From the IMG/VR virus record IMGVR_UViG_3300035703_004076, positions 4,181 to 68,180 of that record: a stretch of 64,000 nt of DNA. One strand, 5' to 3'. Positions 35,947-45,561 of the stretch are shown piece after piece. Positions within the stretch are counted from its first letter, which is position 1. Every line of letters begins with the position of its first letter. The translations under genes were made by a program, and so were the position numbers. The notes below the pieces were generated by a model. The model did not search any database. It saw only the letters and a program-made list of their open reading frames with translations, and was not told the origin of the DNA. Source of the DNA: a virus.

Positions 35947-38694
35947 TTACTCAATCCCTATTCCACGACTCACAATCACATCCGGCATTATATTTATTCT
36001 GTTATTTGGGCTTTGTATGGACACAGAATGTGGAATTTCTATGATAGCTCGATTGTCATCTCCCACGTCGCTACTGTGCAACAAAGTCTTAGTCAATATA
36101 CGCTTCGAGTTTGCATGGCGAAAAATGACTTCATACTTGTCTGTGTTGGTTGGCAGTGTTTGCTCGTCTAGTAGTTTGATGCAGTAGTGAGACCGTGACC
36201 ATGGATTGTTATTCTTGCCTATGATTAAGTAGTCATAGTTGTCTCTGAGTATGATTCCATTTTTGACTATCAACATATCAGGAACATCACCAAGCTCAAG
36301 TGATTTTGGAATGACATACTTAAAGTGTCGTATCTGTGTGTTTGCAATTTGCTTTAGTTGATTGTTGGGGTCATTCCAATACTTTGCATTGTCAAGATTT
36401 CTGGTCTTTTCTGAATCTGGATGAAATGTATTGTACGTTGTTGGAATCGATTGATCGCCATCAACAAATGAGTCGAGCCAACTTCCTGGATTTTGATCCA
36501 ACGAAGCGTCATATGCCGGGGTGTACGTCACAAATGTTGGAGAATAATCCGAATACTTGTCTGCACGGTCCTGCTCGATTTGATTTAGTGCCTCTACAAA
36601 ACCATCTTTCGTGTTCAACATATTTTCGGTGGGCAAATATCTGAATCGATCTCGATATATTGATCGGCGCGACGCACCTAGTTGTTTTGCATCATCAAGA
36701 AAGACATTTGATATGCGAACAGTCTGTGTGTTTCTTACAGCTTTGACTCCATCAAGTGCCGGGCATTTGTCTGTAGTTTTTGGTTTGCCTAAAGCAGGTG
36801 CCTTTAAGTCTATTGCATAAGGCAAGATTTGACTTTCATATCGCCTTAAAGGAATATCAAATGGCAAAACAACAACCGATTCATTTTCGGGTGTGTTCAA
36901 TTCTTTTACTAGAATTGTTCCTGTCCCGTTTCTAAAAATGATGTGATATGTATCGGTCGATGTTGGTTTGATGCCAAAAAGTCTTACAGAAAAATACAAA
37001 AGATTGTAAGGCGACTCAGCACCTTTAGGCAACACTGTATAGTCTTTGTTCTCAATCTGAATTATACCATTCTTAATGAGTCTGAAATCCGGAACAGGAA
37101 TATTATGGAAAAGACTCTTTCTTGGATGTTGCTGAAACTTTCTGACTACAGGTGAGTTGCGTACAGTGTCAACTTTTTGTGTTATCTTTTGAGCATCACG
37201 AAATCCCCCATAGAATTTTAACCCAAGGGGATGAATCAAGTCTTTCAAATAAGTTCGGTATGTGTCAGTGCTTTCTCTGTTATACACAACATAGGAAAAC
37301 TGTTGATAGAATTCTCCATCGTGCAAATACTTTGTCTCACTGAGTTGACCATTGTTTGATATGTAATAGCCCTGATAATCACAAAACACAGATGTTGACA
37401 CTCGAACGACCGCACCGGAACCAACAACAGATTCAATAGAGCGTATGTCAACATCAAAATTGTCAGGTATTTGAGAGTTGTTGATTGGCTTGATGAAAAG
37501 TATGATACGATTTTGAAGAAGATTGAGTACTTTTGTAATCAAGAATCTGTGTGAGCCAGCGCCAGATGTTATGTTAATTGTAGAATTGGAAATTAAGTGT
37601 TTCTCGATGTTACTCTTATCACCATCGTCTTTGATGTTTGATATGGTAAAAACGGAATCTCCAGTCTGCGACTGCTTCTCAAACGAAAAGTCATACACGT
37701 TTGATGATAGTGAAAGTTTTACATCTTTGTGTGCTATAGGATATTCAAGAGCAATATCAAATGAACTTCGAGGATAATTTACGCCAAAGTCGCTAATAGC
37801 AACCTTTTTTATAGACCCGGAAGAGTCGATTGATGAAACTCGTATTGTACCAAGACGCCCTTTTTGTGTCTCTGCATAAAACGTATCGTTCAGTTTGTAT
37901 CCTGCACCCGACTGAGGTCTATCTGTATCAGGATTATTAACAATCTCAACACTAGACAACACAGGCAAAAGTTTTGCTGTTGCTAAAACGTTTTGGTTTG
38001 AATCTCTACACTCTAAAATTTCGTTTGCAGAGAATGTGCCAGTTATGCTAGATATGTTTAGAAACAGTTCATAGTATGTGCCATAAATTGTGGGTATGGT
38101 CATACATCGATCTACATACGCAGAAATTTTGCTTGTTTGTCCAACTATACGAGTGCCCTTTAACAGGTCGGAACTTCCCGTAAGTAAAGACACTCTGACA
38201 GAACGCTGCCTAATGTATTTTCCATCAGACAGTCTGAGAATGTCTTGTCGCGGATAGTAAAACTCAGTTGGAGAGTCATATAGTGCCCTAAAAAAGAACT
38301 TGAATGATTTTTCAGTACCTTTTGCTCTATAGAACTGTTTGATGTTTTTAAGTATCTGAGGTTTTTCTGCGGCCAGAGTTCTGGGCATATTAACCAAAAA
38401 CTGCTTGTGTAGCGCCTCATCAAACTGATCTATCGCACTGTCTATATCAGCATACTGCGTTATTCGTTTGATGTTGTGGGATGTGTTGTCTTTGATTTCT
38501 AGCCAATCATAATACGACTTCAAAAATGTTACAAACTTGGGATGATCTTGTCGTACAAACTCAGGCAACTGTGTGTCGATGGACGCTGATGTTGAAGGTA
38601 TGGAAAACACCGACGAAACAATAATTTTTGAAGGATCGCCTTGTGCCTCTTCCGAATTGATTCCACCGGCGTGTATGACAACATCAATGTTCAT
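35947..38694 (-). CDS. Baseplate wedge initiator (gp7-like)
   Basis: QLPEFV..DHPKFV.FL..YY.WLE, KNIKQFY.AKGT.KS..FFFR.LY, YQQFSYV, HPLGLKF; between gp6 and gp8. Confidence 0.78.
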   Translation of the reverse strand: MNIDVVIHAGGINSEEAQGDPSKIIVSSVFSIPSTSASIDTQLPEFVRQDHPKFVTFLKSYYDWLEIKDNTSHNIKRITQYADIDSAIDQFDEALHKQFLVNMPRTLAAEKPQILKNIKQFYRAKGTEKSFKFFFRALYDSPTEFYYPRQDILRLSDGKYIRQRSVRVSLLTGSSDLLKGTRIVGQTSKISAYVDRCMTIPTIYGTYYELFLNISSITGTFSANEILECRDSNQNVLATAKLLPVLSSVEIVNNPDTDRPQSGAGYKLNDTFYAETQKGRLGTIRVSSIDSSGSIKKVAISDFGVNYPRSSFDIALEYPIAHKDVKLSLSSNVYDFSFEKQSQTGDSVFTISNIKDDGDKSNIEKHLISNSTINITSGAGSHRFLITKVLNLLQNRIILFIKPINNSQIPDNFDVDIRSIESVVGSGAVVRVSTSVFCDYQGYYISNNGQLSETKYLHDGEFYQQFSYVVYNRESTDTYRTYLKDLIHPLGLKFYGGFRDAQKITQKVDTVRNSPVVRKFQQHPRKSLFHNIPVPDFRLIKNGIIQIENKDYTVLPKGAESPYNLLYFSVRLFGIKPTSTDTYHIIFRNGTGTILVKELNTPENESVVVLPFDIPLRRYESQILPYAIDLKAPALGKPKTTDKCPALDGVKAVRNTQTVRISNVFLDDAKQLGASRRSIYRDRFRYLPTENMLNTKDGFVEALNQIEQDRADKYSDYSPTFVTYTPAYDASLDQNPGSWLDSFVDGDQSIPTTYNTFHPDSEKTRNLDNAKYWNDPNNQLKQIANTQIRHFKYVIPKSLELGDVPDMLIVKNGIILRDNYDYLIIGKNNNPWSRSHYCIKLLDEQTLPTNTDKYEVIFRHANSKRILTKTLLHSSDVGDDNRAIIEIPHSVSIQSPNNRINIMPDVIVSRGIGIE

Positions 38695-38696
38695 GA

Positions 38697-40547
38697 TTAT
38701 GACAATTTAATATAGTCCAAGTTTACAGACGACACTTTTATGTCCTCATCAGCAAGAAGCAAAATTTGATTTTTGTATGCAATCACATCATTGTATTTTG
38801 GTGTAATATACAGATCGATGTTATTCTCGGCCGAAGGAATTTGATCAACAATCAGTCGGTTTATGTTGATTACACCCGAGTCGTAGTTTACGGTTCCTAT
38901 TGTTGCTATAGGAACTTTTATGTTACTACCAGCTCTATACAACACAAGATTGCCTTTTCCATCATCGCCAATAGTAACCAAGATGTTGGCATAGTAAAAC
39001 GGCACACTCGTTATCGATGATATGTTATTTAAGATGTCACCTTTTGATATTGGGTTTGTCAGCGAGATTTCTTTTGTGAACACTTCACCCAACGCAGGCA
39101 ACAACTCATACTTTAATGTTACTGTGGTTATGTTACTCTCAATCGCCGGGTTGGTAGAGTCTATTTCGGCAACCAACTTTGAGTATCTTAAATCAGAGTC
39201 AAATCCTTGAATGTTCTCTTCTCGAAATTGCTGTATCTTCTTCCTAACCAAGTCTTTCAGACCAGCGTCGTCTATTTTGGTCTTTTTGCCAAAGTAGTTA
39301 ATTGTACAATCAATCTTTAATCCTATGTAGTCGGGCTCTACAACTTCGACTTCAACAGAAATCATATTTTTAGGTTTGATAAACTCGTCTATGATTCTCA
39401 GCTTTTCTTGCTCATTCAGTCGAAGACCATAAGCAGGCTTGATTGCAAAAAATACCTTTCCATACTGAGGTGGATTATTCTCTTCACCTCCCCACACTCT
39501 AAGATATTGAATCTTAGGCTCAATGATGCTAATATCCTTCTTCAATAAAATCTCATAATCATTTTTTGTCACTGCTCTGTTTTGAGCATCGTACATTCTA
39601 GGTGCTCTATACTTTATGGCATCTGACGACTCTTTTTCTGCAAAGTCTCTTGCTGCTATAGTGTTTGTGACCCGAGTTATTTGCTTTGGCACCAACTTGG
39701 TGTCATATCTGACGGAAAATGGTCCGATGTTTGATTCTGTTATGTAAAATTTATTTGCGCCTACTGCCGCTCCTGTTCCAGGAACGATATACTCTATCTC
39801 TATGACATTTCCTTGTTTGAGTTTCTTACCCAATACTCCATCACCAAACAAAATCTCAAACTTTGATCCAGAAACTTCTTGAATGAAGTATATCTCATCA
39901 TCTGGACCTAATGCAGTAAGATCCTTAAATTCGGAGTATCGAATTCTATTGGATGAAGTTGCAGACTCGCTAATGTACACATTTAGCGTAGCAAGATCGA
40001 TATTTGGATTAGGAATAATAAACTGTTGCTTTGCGGTTGTGTCTACTGTCCAGCTATATGTCAGTCTTTTTCCTTGTACGAGTTGAATGTTTTTTGCTAT
40101 GTACTTTGTGGGACTGACAGGAACCGCGGCGACAGGAAATTTAGGATAAAACGAAAACTTAGCTTGCTCAATAAAGCAGTGAAACGCATCGTCTGTTTGT
40201 ATTAAAAACTCTCCGCCAGGATTTCTGTCGGCATATTCTCCTACGAAATTTATTTCAACATCAACAAATGCACTCAACGCTCTTCGAGAAGATGGTGTGT
40301 ATCCTAAATGTTTTGCTATGGATACAATACTGTCACGCATATATGCGCTGTCTAAGAACATCTCACTCGCAAGCATATTCAAGTAAAATCCGTTGTATGC
40401 CGTATTGTATGCAAGAACGTCTAGCAAAACAGAAAACCCGGAGCCGTCAAAGTTGTAGTCCTTAAACTTACTCTGACTCTTTAGGTAATTCTTCAGATTT
40501 TCTTTAATCTTTGCAAAATCAAGCTCTGTAAATTTGATTTCACTCAT
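38697..40547 (-). CDS. gp6: Baseplate wedge subunit (T4 gp6-like)
   Basis: LDF..IK.NL..YL..Q..F.DYNFDGS..SVLLDVLAYNT, QNRAVT..DY, VWGGE.N.PP.YGKVF. Confidence 0.93.
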   Translation of the reverse strand: MSEIKFTELDFAKIKENLKNYLKSQSKFKDYNFDGSGFSVLLDVLAYNTAYNGFYLNMLASEMFLDSAYMRDSIVSIAKHLGYTPSSRRALSAFVDVEINFVGEYADRNPGGEFLIQTDDAFHCFIEQAKFSFYPKFPVAAVPVSPTKYIAKNIQLVQGKRLTYSWTVDTTAKQQFIIPNPNIDLATLNVYISESATSSNRIRYSEFKDLTALGPDDEIYFIQEVSGSKFEILFGDGVLGKKLKQGNVIEIEYIVPGTGAAVGANKFYITESNIGPFSVRYDTKLVPKQITRVTNTIAARDFAEKESSDAIKYRAPRMYDAQNRAVTKNDYEILLKKDISIIEPKIQYLRVWGGEENNPPQYGKVFFAIKPAYGLRLNEQEKLRIIDEFIKPKNMISVEVEVVEPDYIGLKIDCTINYFGKKTKIDDAGLKDLVRKKIQQFREENIQGFDSDLRYSKLVAEIDSTNPAIESNITTVTLKYELLPALGEVFTKEISLTNPISKGDILNNISSITSVPFYYANILVTIGDDGKGNLVLYRAGSNIKVPIATIGTVNYDSGVININRLIVDQIPSAENNIDLYITPKYNDVIAYKNQILLLADEDIKVSSVNLDYIKLS

Positions 40548-40548
40548 A

Positions 40549-41031
40549 CTATCTCAACCTCTCTAATGCCATGTCATACTCTACCTGTTGTGATAGTCCG
40601 TCGATAGAGAACACGAACGAAACATCATATTGATATTCATCCGGAGATGCTTTAACTTGAATTGAAACGATCTTCACTCTAGGCTCAAAAAACTTGATTG
40701 CATCACTGATGTATAGCTTTAATTGAAGTTCAGTTGCCGGTGTTATTGGTTGAAACAACATTTGTCGTAAATTTGCTCCAAACTTCGGATTGAATACTCG
40801 CTCATTATGGCCTGTAAACAGGATATTTCTCACAGCACGTTTTACTGCATCTGCGTTTGTGAGAGGTACAAGATCTCCTGAAACGGGGTGTGCATGAAAG
40901 TCTAAATTGAGATCAGAAAACTCAACAGTCACTCTATCTTGTATACCTTCTTTTATGGTGCCAAGAAGAGTGTCGACCGTTGGGTTTGTTGGGTCATCTA
41001 GGTTTGTTAGTGTTCCTACTATGTTCGCCAT
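40549..41031 (-). CDS. gp25: Baseplate wedge/sheath initiator (T4 gp25-like)
   Basis: FSDLNLDF..HP...D......AVKRAVRNI..T...ER.F.P.FG..L, FEPRV, LERLR end. Confidence 0.92.
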   Translation of the reverse strand: MANIVGTLTNLDDPTNPTVDTLLGTIKEGIQDRVTVEFSDLNLDFHAHPVSGDLVPLTNADAVKRAVRNILFTGHNERVFNPKFGANLRQMLFQPITPATELQLKLYISDAIKFFEPRVKIVSIQVKASPDEYQYDVSFVFSIDGLSQQVEYDMALERLR

Positions 41032-41069
41032 TAGAAGTAGCCGCAAAGGTAAGTATTCAAATACCTAGT

Positions 41070-41077
41070 TATTTATG
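41070..41077 (-). promoter_or_regulatory. Late promoter CATAAATA
   Basis: Upstream of gp25. Confidence 0.65.
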
Positions 41078-41095
41078 CGACTATCCATATGAACT

Positions 41096-41386
41096 TTAAG
41101 ACACTAATCCAAATAGTATGAAAATCCAAGCAACTGACGTAACGCTGTATATTCCACAAACGAACGACAACACTACAGGGCTAGTAACGGCATTGTAAAT
41201 CTGCATAACAGCGAATATGCCCAATATCTTAAATGCTGTGAGTGCCGGTACAACACCAAACAGTCTCATACACTCTTTCACAAGAGGGTTGCCCTCGGCA
41301 TTAAGTCCTAGCATATTGACACCAAGAGCAGTGAGAATTCCGTCCAAGACTTGAAGAACAATACAGAAAATGGCAAGATATTTCAT
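41096..41386 (-). CDS. Small membrane protein, DUF5658-like
   Basis: LQVLDGILT..G.......EGNPLV motif, 3 hydrophobic helices; start moved to MKYL. Confidence 0.65.
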   Translation of the reverse strand: MKYLAIFCIVLQVLDGILTALGVNMLGLNAEGNPLVKECMRLFGVVPALTAFKILGIFAVMQIYNAVTSPVVLSFVCGIYSVTSVAWIFILFGLVS

Positions 41387-41387
41387 A

Positions 41388-43442
41388 TTATGGAGTAATT
41401 GGAATACTGGCAGCAAACGGCTGTCCCATGTGATGTCTAATTGAGCTGTCTAATATCAGTTTAAGGCCACCGCCTGTTTGAAGAAACATGACTTTTGGAT
41501 AACTGGCGCCTGGCTTATTCCATCTTTGTAGCCATCTAACACCATCTTCAAACTGTTTGATTACCCGCGGCGTGTCTATTTGCTTTCCTGGCATATGAAT
41601 TGGTCTAACAACTTTCCATGTTGTTATTGTCTTGTCGGCATTTTCATACTTGATGTATGCACCTTCTAATCCACCAGCAGGAATGGCTTCAAATAATATG
41701 TGGGGCTGAGGATTTGGACTCAGAGTAACTAATTTACCGTCGCTGTCTGATACTGGTTTATAGACTTCACCCGCAAGTCCTTCGGGCCATAAGAATCCAG
41801 GCTTAGGTGAAGAGTCCGTAGTCTCAGTCTTTTTGTCGGCATCATTCTCTACTGCGGGAGATTCTGGTGATGTATATGGAGGATTTGGAGCATGAACAGT
41901 TCCATCAAGATGAATTTGTGGTGCTTTAAGATGAATTGCTTTGCCAGAAATTAAATCCAAATCACCTTCAGCCTGAATACTAATCGTCTTAGCACCCTTG
42001 ATAAAAATGTCGCCACCCTTTGCATATATGTAGACGCCATCGCCAGTTGCAAGATGAAAGTTTTCTGCAACCTCTTGATTGAGGTTTCCTCCAACTTGAA
42101 GATTCATGTCTTTGCCAGATTTGATGCGAACTGCATCGACAGCATCAACATTTATGCTTTTTCCTACACCCAAAAAATAGTCGCTAATTACAAAGTTGTA
42201 TTGCTCATTAACGACTTTATTGACTTCTTTTCCGTCTGGGTGAATTTCTGTAAAAGTCCCTGATCGATGATACCAATGCAATCGTTCTGCTCCTGGCGTA
42301 TCATCAACTTCAATTACATGACCAGACTCACTCTCTTGAACATGATTGTACGGATATTTTGCATTATATGGCGTCATCGGCTCTTGAAATGCAAATGCCG
42401 CTGACTGTGCTGTTGGGTCTTGAGCATCATGTCCAGCACCCATGCCAGAAGATAGGTTTTCTTTTTTCAAACCAACTACAGTCTTTTCTGGACTTTCACC
42501 ACGAGCAAGTCTTGACACTGACGGCTCGCCCAACTTATCTGCATTAGGATAACTTGATGGCGGAACTCTACCAGCAACACTTGAAGAGCCTCCGGTATAA
42601 AATCCAGCACCATTAAGGGCTTCTGCAATCATTATCTCAATATCTTCGAGTGTGAATTCTCCATCTTTATTTCTATCAAACTTGGATGTTGCTATGCTCC
42701 ATCCTTCCATCAACTCACCAAATGCTGATGTAGAGCCCGGAAGAGTAGCTTTCTGAGAAAATCTGTCTAAGAACTCCGATGCTTCGCCGAAGAGTTTATC
42801 AAGAGAGAACATACTCATGATCTCTGACACCTGGCTTAGCAACCACGCCGCGGCTTGTTTTATTGCTTCCTGCACTTCTGCTGCCAGATTTGCTATAGCA
42901 TCTGGAATTCGTGAAAGAGCATCAGGCAACTCTTCAAGAGGAATGCTATTCTTTCCTTCAAAGACAATATCAATCGACTGATTAACAGCGTCAAGCAAGT
43001 CGTCGGGTGGACCTAAATTTGCTATTGTTTTTCGTAATTCAGTTACATTGATGCTAGGTGTAATACCGCCGGCAGGCATCATTACTGGTGGTGTTGGTCT
43101 ACTTGCAGGAGATAAGTCTGTCGTAGGGTCATTAAATCCTCTTTCTGGGTCTGCGACATCTTTTGGTATTCCAGGAAGGGCGCCGACCACAACAGGCTTT
43201 TGGGCATCATGATCCATGAAGAATCCCCAAACCCAATCGCCTTCTTTTAGAGTGATATTTTGATGTACTGAATTGACACCCATGCTCGGGAGAGCCCAGA
43301 GCAGATCGTTTGTGGGCAGCTCGCTTTTATCTTCTGTGTGTAAGCCGAAGATACGAATACGAACCCTACCCAACTTCACGGGGTCATTTCGGTCTTCAAC
43401 AACACCTACGAACCAATGAAATCCATCTCGACCAATGAACAT
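41388..43442 (-). CDS. gp5: Baseplate hub/central spike (T4 gp5-like) without a recognisable lysozyme domain
   Basis: WFVGVVEDRNDP.KLGRVR.R.FG.H OB-fold; YPYNHV.ESESGH..E.DDTPGAER....H.SGTF.E..PDG; beta-helix repeats. Confidence 0.92.
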   Translation of the reverse strand: MFIGRDGFHWFVGVVEDRNDPVKLGRVRIRIFGLHTEDKSELPTNDLLWALPSMGVNSVHQNITLKEGDWVWGFFMDHDAQKPVVVGALPGIPKDVADPERGFNDPTTDLSPASRPTPPVMMPAGGITPSINVTELRKTIANLGPPDDLLDAVNQSIDIVFEGKNSIPLEELPDALSRIPDAIANLAAEVQEAIKQAAAWLLSQVSEIMSMFSLDKLFGEASEFLDRFSQKATLPGSTSAFGELMEGWSIATSKFDRNKDGEFTLEDIEIMIAEALNGAGFYTGGSSSVAGRVPPSSYPNADKLGEPSVSRLARGESPEKTVVGLKKENLSSGMGAGHDAQDPTAQSAAFAFQEPMTPYNAKYPYNHVQESESGHVIEVDDTPGAERLHWYHRSGTFTEIHPDGKEVNKVVNEQYNFVISDYFLGVGKSINVDAVDAVRIKSGKDMNLQVGGNLNQEVAENFHLATGDGVYIYAKGGDIFIKGAKTISIQAEGDLDLISGKAIHLKAPQIHLDGTVHAPNPPYTSPESPAVENDADKKTETTDSSPKPGFLWPEGLAGEVYKPVSDSDGKLVTLSPNPQPHILFEAIPAGGLEGAYIKYENADKTITTWKVVRPIHMPGKQIDTPRVIKQFEDGVRWLQRWNKPGASYPKVMFLQTGGGLKLILDSSIRHHMGQPFAASIPITP

Positions 43443-43471
43443 TGTCTAATTCCAAAAAATGATGACACACC

Positions 43472-43478
43472 TATTTAG
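43472..43478 (-). promoter_or_regulatory. Late promoter CTAAATA
   Basis: Overlaps the upstream stop codon, 30 nt before gp5. Confidence 0.65.
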
Positions 43479-43900
43479 GGTGTTTTCTGAGACGATTCAT
43501 TAGACGGCAAATCTTCTTGATGTGTGTGTTCATCACACGCTGTATAAAGCCAAAAGTCACCTCTCATTCTGCCGGGTTTGCCACAAGTCTCGCAAGTATC
43601 TGCGGACCTTTTCTCAGCATGGCTAATAAACTTTTCGATAGTCTCATCAAAACTTGAGATGTAGAACCTAAGAGTTCCATACTTCTCTTTTACTTGAAGA
43701 GCGACTATTTCCTCTGATATATGTTTTGGCAAAGTCTTCAAATGGTTGTTTATATTAGTACACAACTCAACCAGCAAATCTGCCCAGCCATCACCACATT
43801 CAAAACCAAACCTGATGGGTAGTATTACATCTCCGTCATATCGAGTTTCAAATAGACTCGGACAAGCATCAATAATTCTCTGTGTGTTTTGTTCGTTCAT
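43475..43900 (-). CDS. Conserved phage protein (CGDGW...QVKEKYG.LRFY...CExCG)
   Basis: Widespread motif; start at MNEQ avoids overlap with the upstream ORF. Confidence 0.8.
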   Translation of the reverse strand: MNEQNTQRIIDACPSLFETRYDGDVILPIRFGFECGDGWADLLVELCTNINNHLKTLPKHISEEIVALQVKEKYGTLRFYISSFDETIEKFISHAEKRSADTCETCGKPGRMRGDFWLYTACDEHTHQEDLPSNESSQKTP

Positions 43901-43904
43901 GTGA

Positions 43905-44219
43905 TTAGATACAATCTGAGTAGCCGTTCTTTTCTGCCATCGTGCTTTCTGATTTATCAACGTGTGCCAACACTTGCTGATACAACTCACGAATGGCTTT
44001 GACTCGCTTTGCCATGTCAAGTATTCGCATCTCTTTCTTATTACGGAATGCCTTGATGATGTCATCTTCATCAAAATAGAATCCAAGCCGTGAGTAGAGC
44101 ATATCAACAACTTTAGGATCTCCCATCTTCATAGCTTCATGGAGCTGCATATTGTCAGGGAACAACGCTCGTGCCTTTTTCATCATTTCTTCAGTATACT
44201 TCATCATATTATTCTCCAT
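43905..44219 (-). CDS. Hypothetical protein
   Basis: Tightly packed ORF. Confidence 0.7.
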   Translation of the reverse strand: MENNMMKYTEEMMKKARALFPDNMQLHEAMKMGDPKVVDMLYSRLGFYFDEDDIIKAFRNKKEMRILDMAKRVKAIRELYQQVLAHVDKSESTMAEKNGYSDCI

Positions 44220-44221
44220 TT

Positions 44222-44842
44222 TTACGAATCAAACCAAAAGACAAGTCTCGATTTGTACGGTCCACTATTTTCGATAGCTATCATACTCGCTATCGTCGCA
44301 TTAAGTGGCGCACACTCAATTTCAGGAAACGACAATTTCATCAACTCATATTCATTACTATTCTCAAGTTTACTCAACACCTCTTTTCTTTTTTTGCCCT
44401 TGTATGTGCAGTCATAATCAAGAGCATCAATTAAATACTTCCTACGCACTGTGATAAGCTCGCCGAGTCCCAAATGACTTGCGGAGTGCCATGATGGGTT
44501 TCTAATATACTTAGAACCATTGTAGTCTTCCTCTATGATGTTGTATTGATCCATCGCTTGCTGTGCTTCTTCTTTTGTTATTGTGTTGTTAATGAAATAC
44601 TCAGCTTGCGATTTAGAATCGACAATTTTTAAGTAGTATTCATTGAACACAAACATTCCTATTTTAGGATTGTGTGGCAGTCCTCTAGGGTCAAATGGTC
44701 CTCCGAAACCTCTCACTCCTGCCATCGCATTAAAGAGATTGTAGTTCCTGTGAAACCCTATAGAAGATGCAAACGAGTCCACCCAAGGCTCTTTATCTTC
44801 TGTGTTGAAGTATTCTAAGAACGCATGAATGTCGCATCCCAT
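44222..44842 (-). CDS. Conserved phage protein, MGCDIH family
   Basis: MGCDIH..E, RNY.LF..MAGVR, RGLP, H.ASHL...EL, RLVFWFD. Confidence 0.82.
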   Translation of the reverse strand: MGCDIHAFLEYFNTEDKEPWVDSFASSIGFHRNYNLFNAMAGVRGFGGPFDPRGLPHNPKIGMFVFNEYYLKIVDSKSQAEYFINNTITKEEAQQAMDQYNIIEEDYNGSKYIRNPSWHSASHLGLGELITVRRKYLIDALDYDCTYKGKKRKEVLSKLENSNEYELMKLSFPEIECAPLNATIASMIAIENSGPYKSRLVFWFDS

Positions 44843-44844
44843 AA

Positions 44845-45075
44845 CTACTCTCCGCTAGAGAGCGATAGAGAGTCTGACGACGGCGTTACTAAATCAGAAT
44901 TTGATGATGTGGATTCTTGGTCGTGAATCTCTTGTAAGAGTCCTTTGAAAAACTCAAGACGAGCTTTTAGGTTTTGCTTTCGTGATAGCTTTGTTGTCTG
45001 TCGTCTGTGAAGTCGAACGTACAACTCAGTTATCTTCTTCTCGATATTCTTTTTGGAACGGGTTTCTCTTGTCAT
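44845..45075 (-). CDS. Small basic hypothetical protein
   Basis: Operon packing. Confidence 0.6.
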   Translation of the reverse strand: MTRETRSKKNIEKKITELYVRLHRRQTTKLSRKQNLKARLEFFKGLLQEIHDQESTSSNSDLVTPSSDSLSLSSGE

Positions 45076-45087
45076 AGAATTATTATC

Positions 45088-45321
45088 TCATTCTCGATAC
45101 TCAAAGTCAACCTTCAAAGAGCAAATCTTGTCCTTTTTTTCAGTTTCCAATTTTTCGTATTCCATTCCCAATTTGGAAATGACTATAATCACTAGGTTGG
45201 AGAAGTCTTTTGGAAGTAGCTTCATTCCAAGCCACAAACGGAAACTTGTCCACAATGTGGACGGATCTTCACGGAATAATATGCGACTTGAACGCTTTAA
45301 GTCTCGTAGAAAGTTATTCAC
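45088..45321 (-). CDS. Hypothetical protein
   Basis: GTGA overlap with the upstream ORF. Confidence 0.55.
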   Translation of the reverse strand: MNNFLRDLKRSSRILFREDPSTLWTSFRLWLGMKLLPKDFSNLVIIVISKLGMEYEKLETEKKDKICSLKVDFEYRE

Positions 45322-45545
45322 TGATACCCCTGAGACACCATTCGCATCTCTTTCTCTTCTTTGGCAACGCTCAAGAATCTCTTGAATTGAGAGCTATCGC
45401 ACTGCTCGTGTGTAAGATACTTGATATGCTCTTCAAGCATCCATATCTCTTTGTGCAACTCTTCGTTCGTCAACCCTTTAATGGTTTGAGCATAGTCACG
45501 AAGAGTGCTGCGGTTGACCTCATACATACGAACAGTGTAGCACAC
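45318..45545 (-). CDS. Small helical hypothetical protein
   Basis: ORF track, packing. Confidence 0.6.
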   Translation of the reverse strand: MCYTVRMYEVNRSTLRDYAQTIKGLTNEELHKEIWMLEEHIKYLTHEQCDSSQFKRFLSVAKEEKEMRMVSQGYQ

Positions 45546-45561
45546 CGATTCTTGTTGTCTA

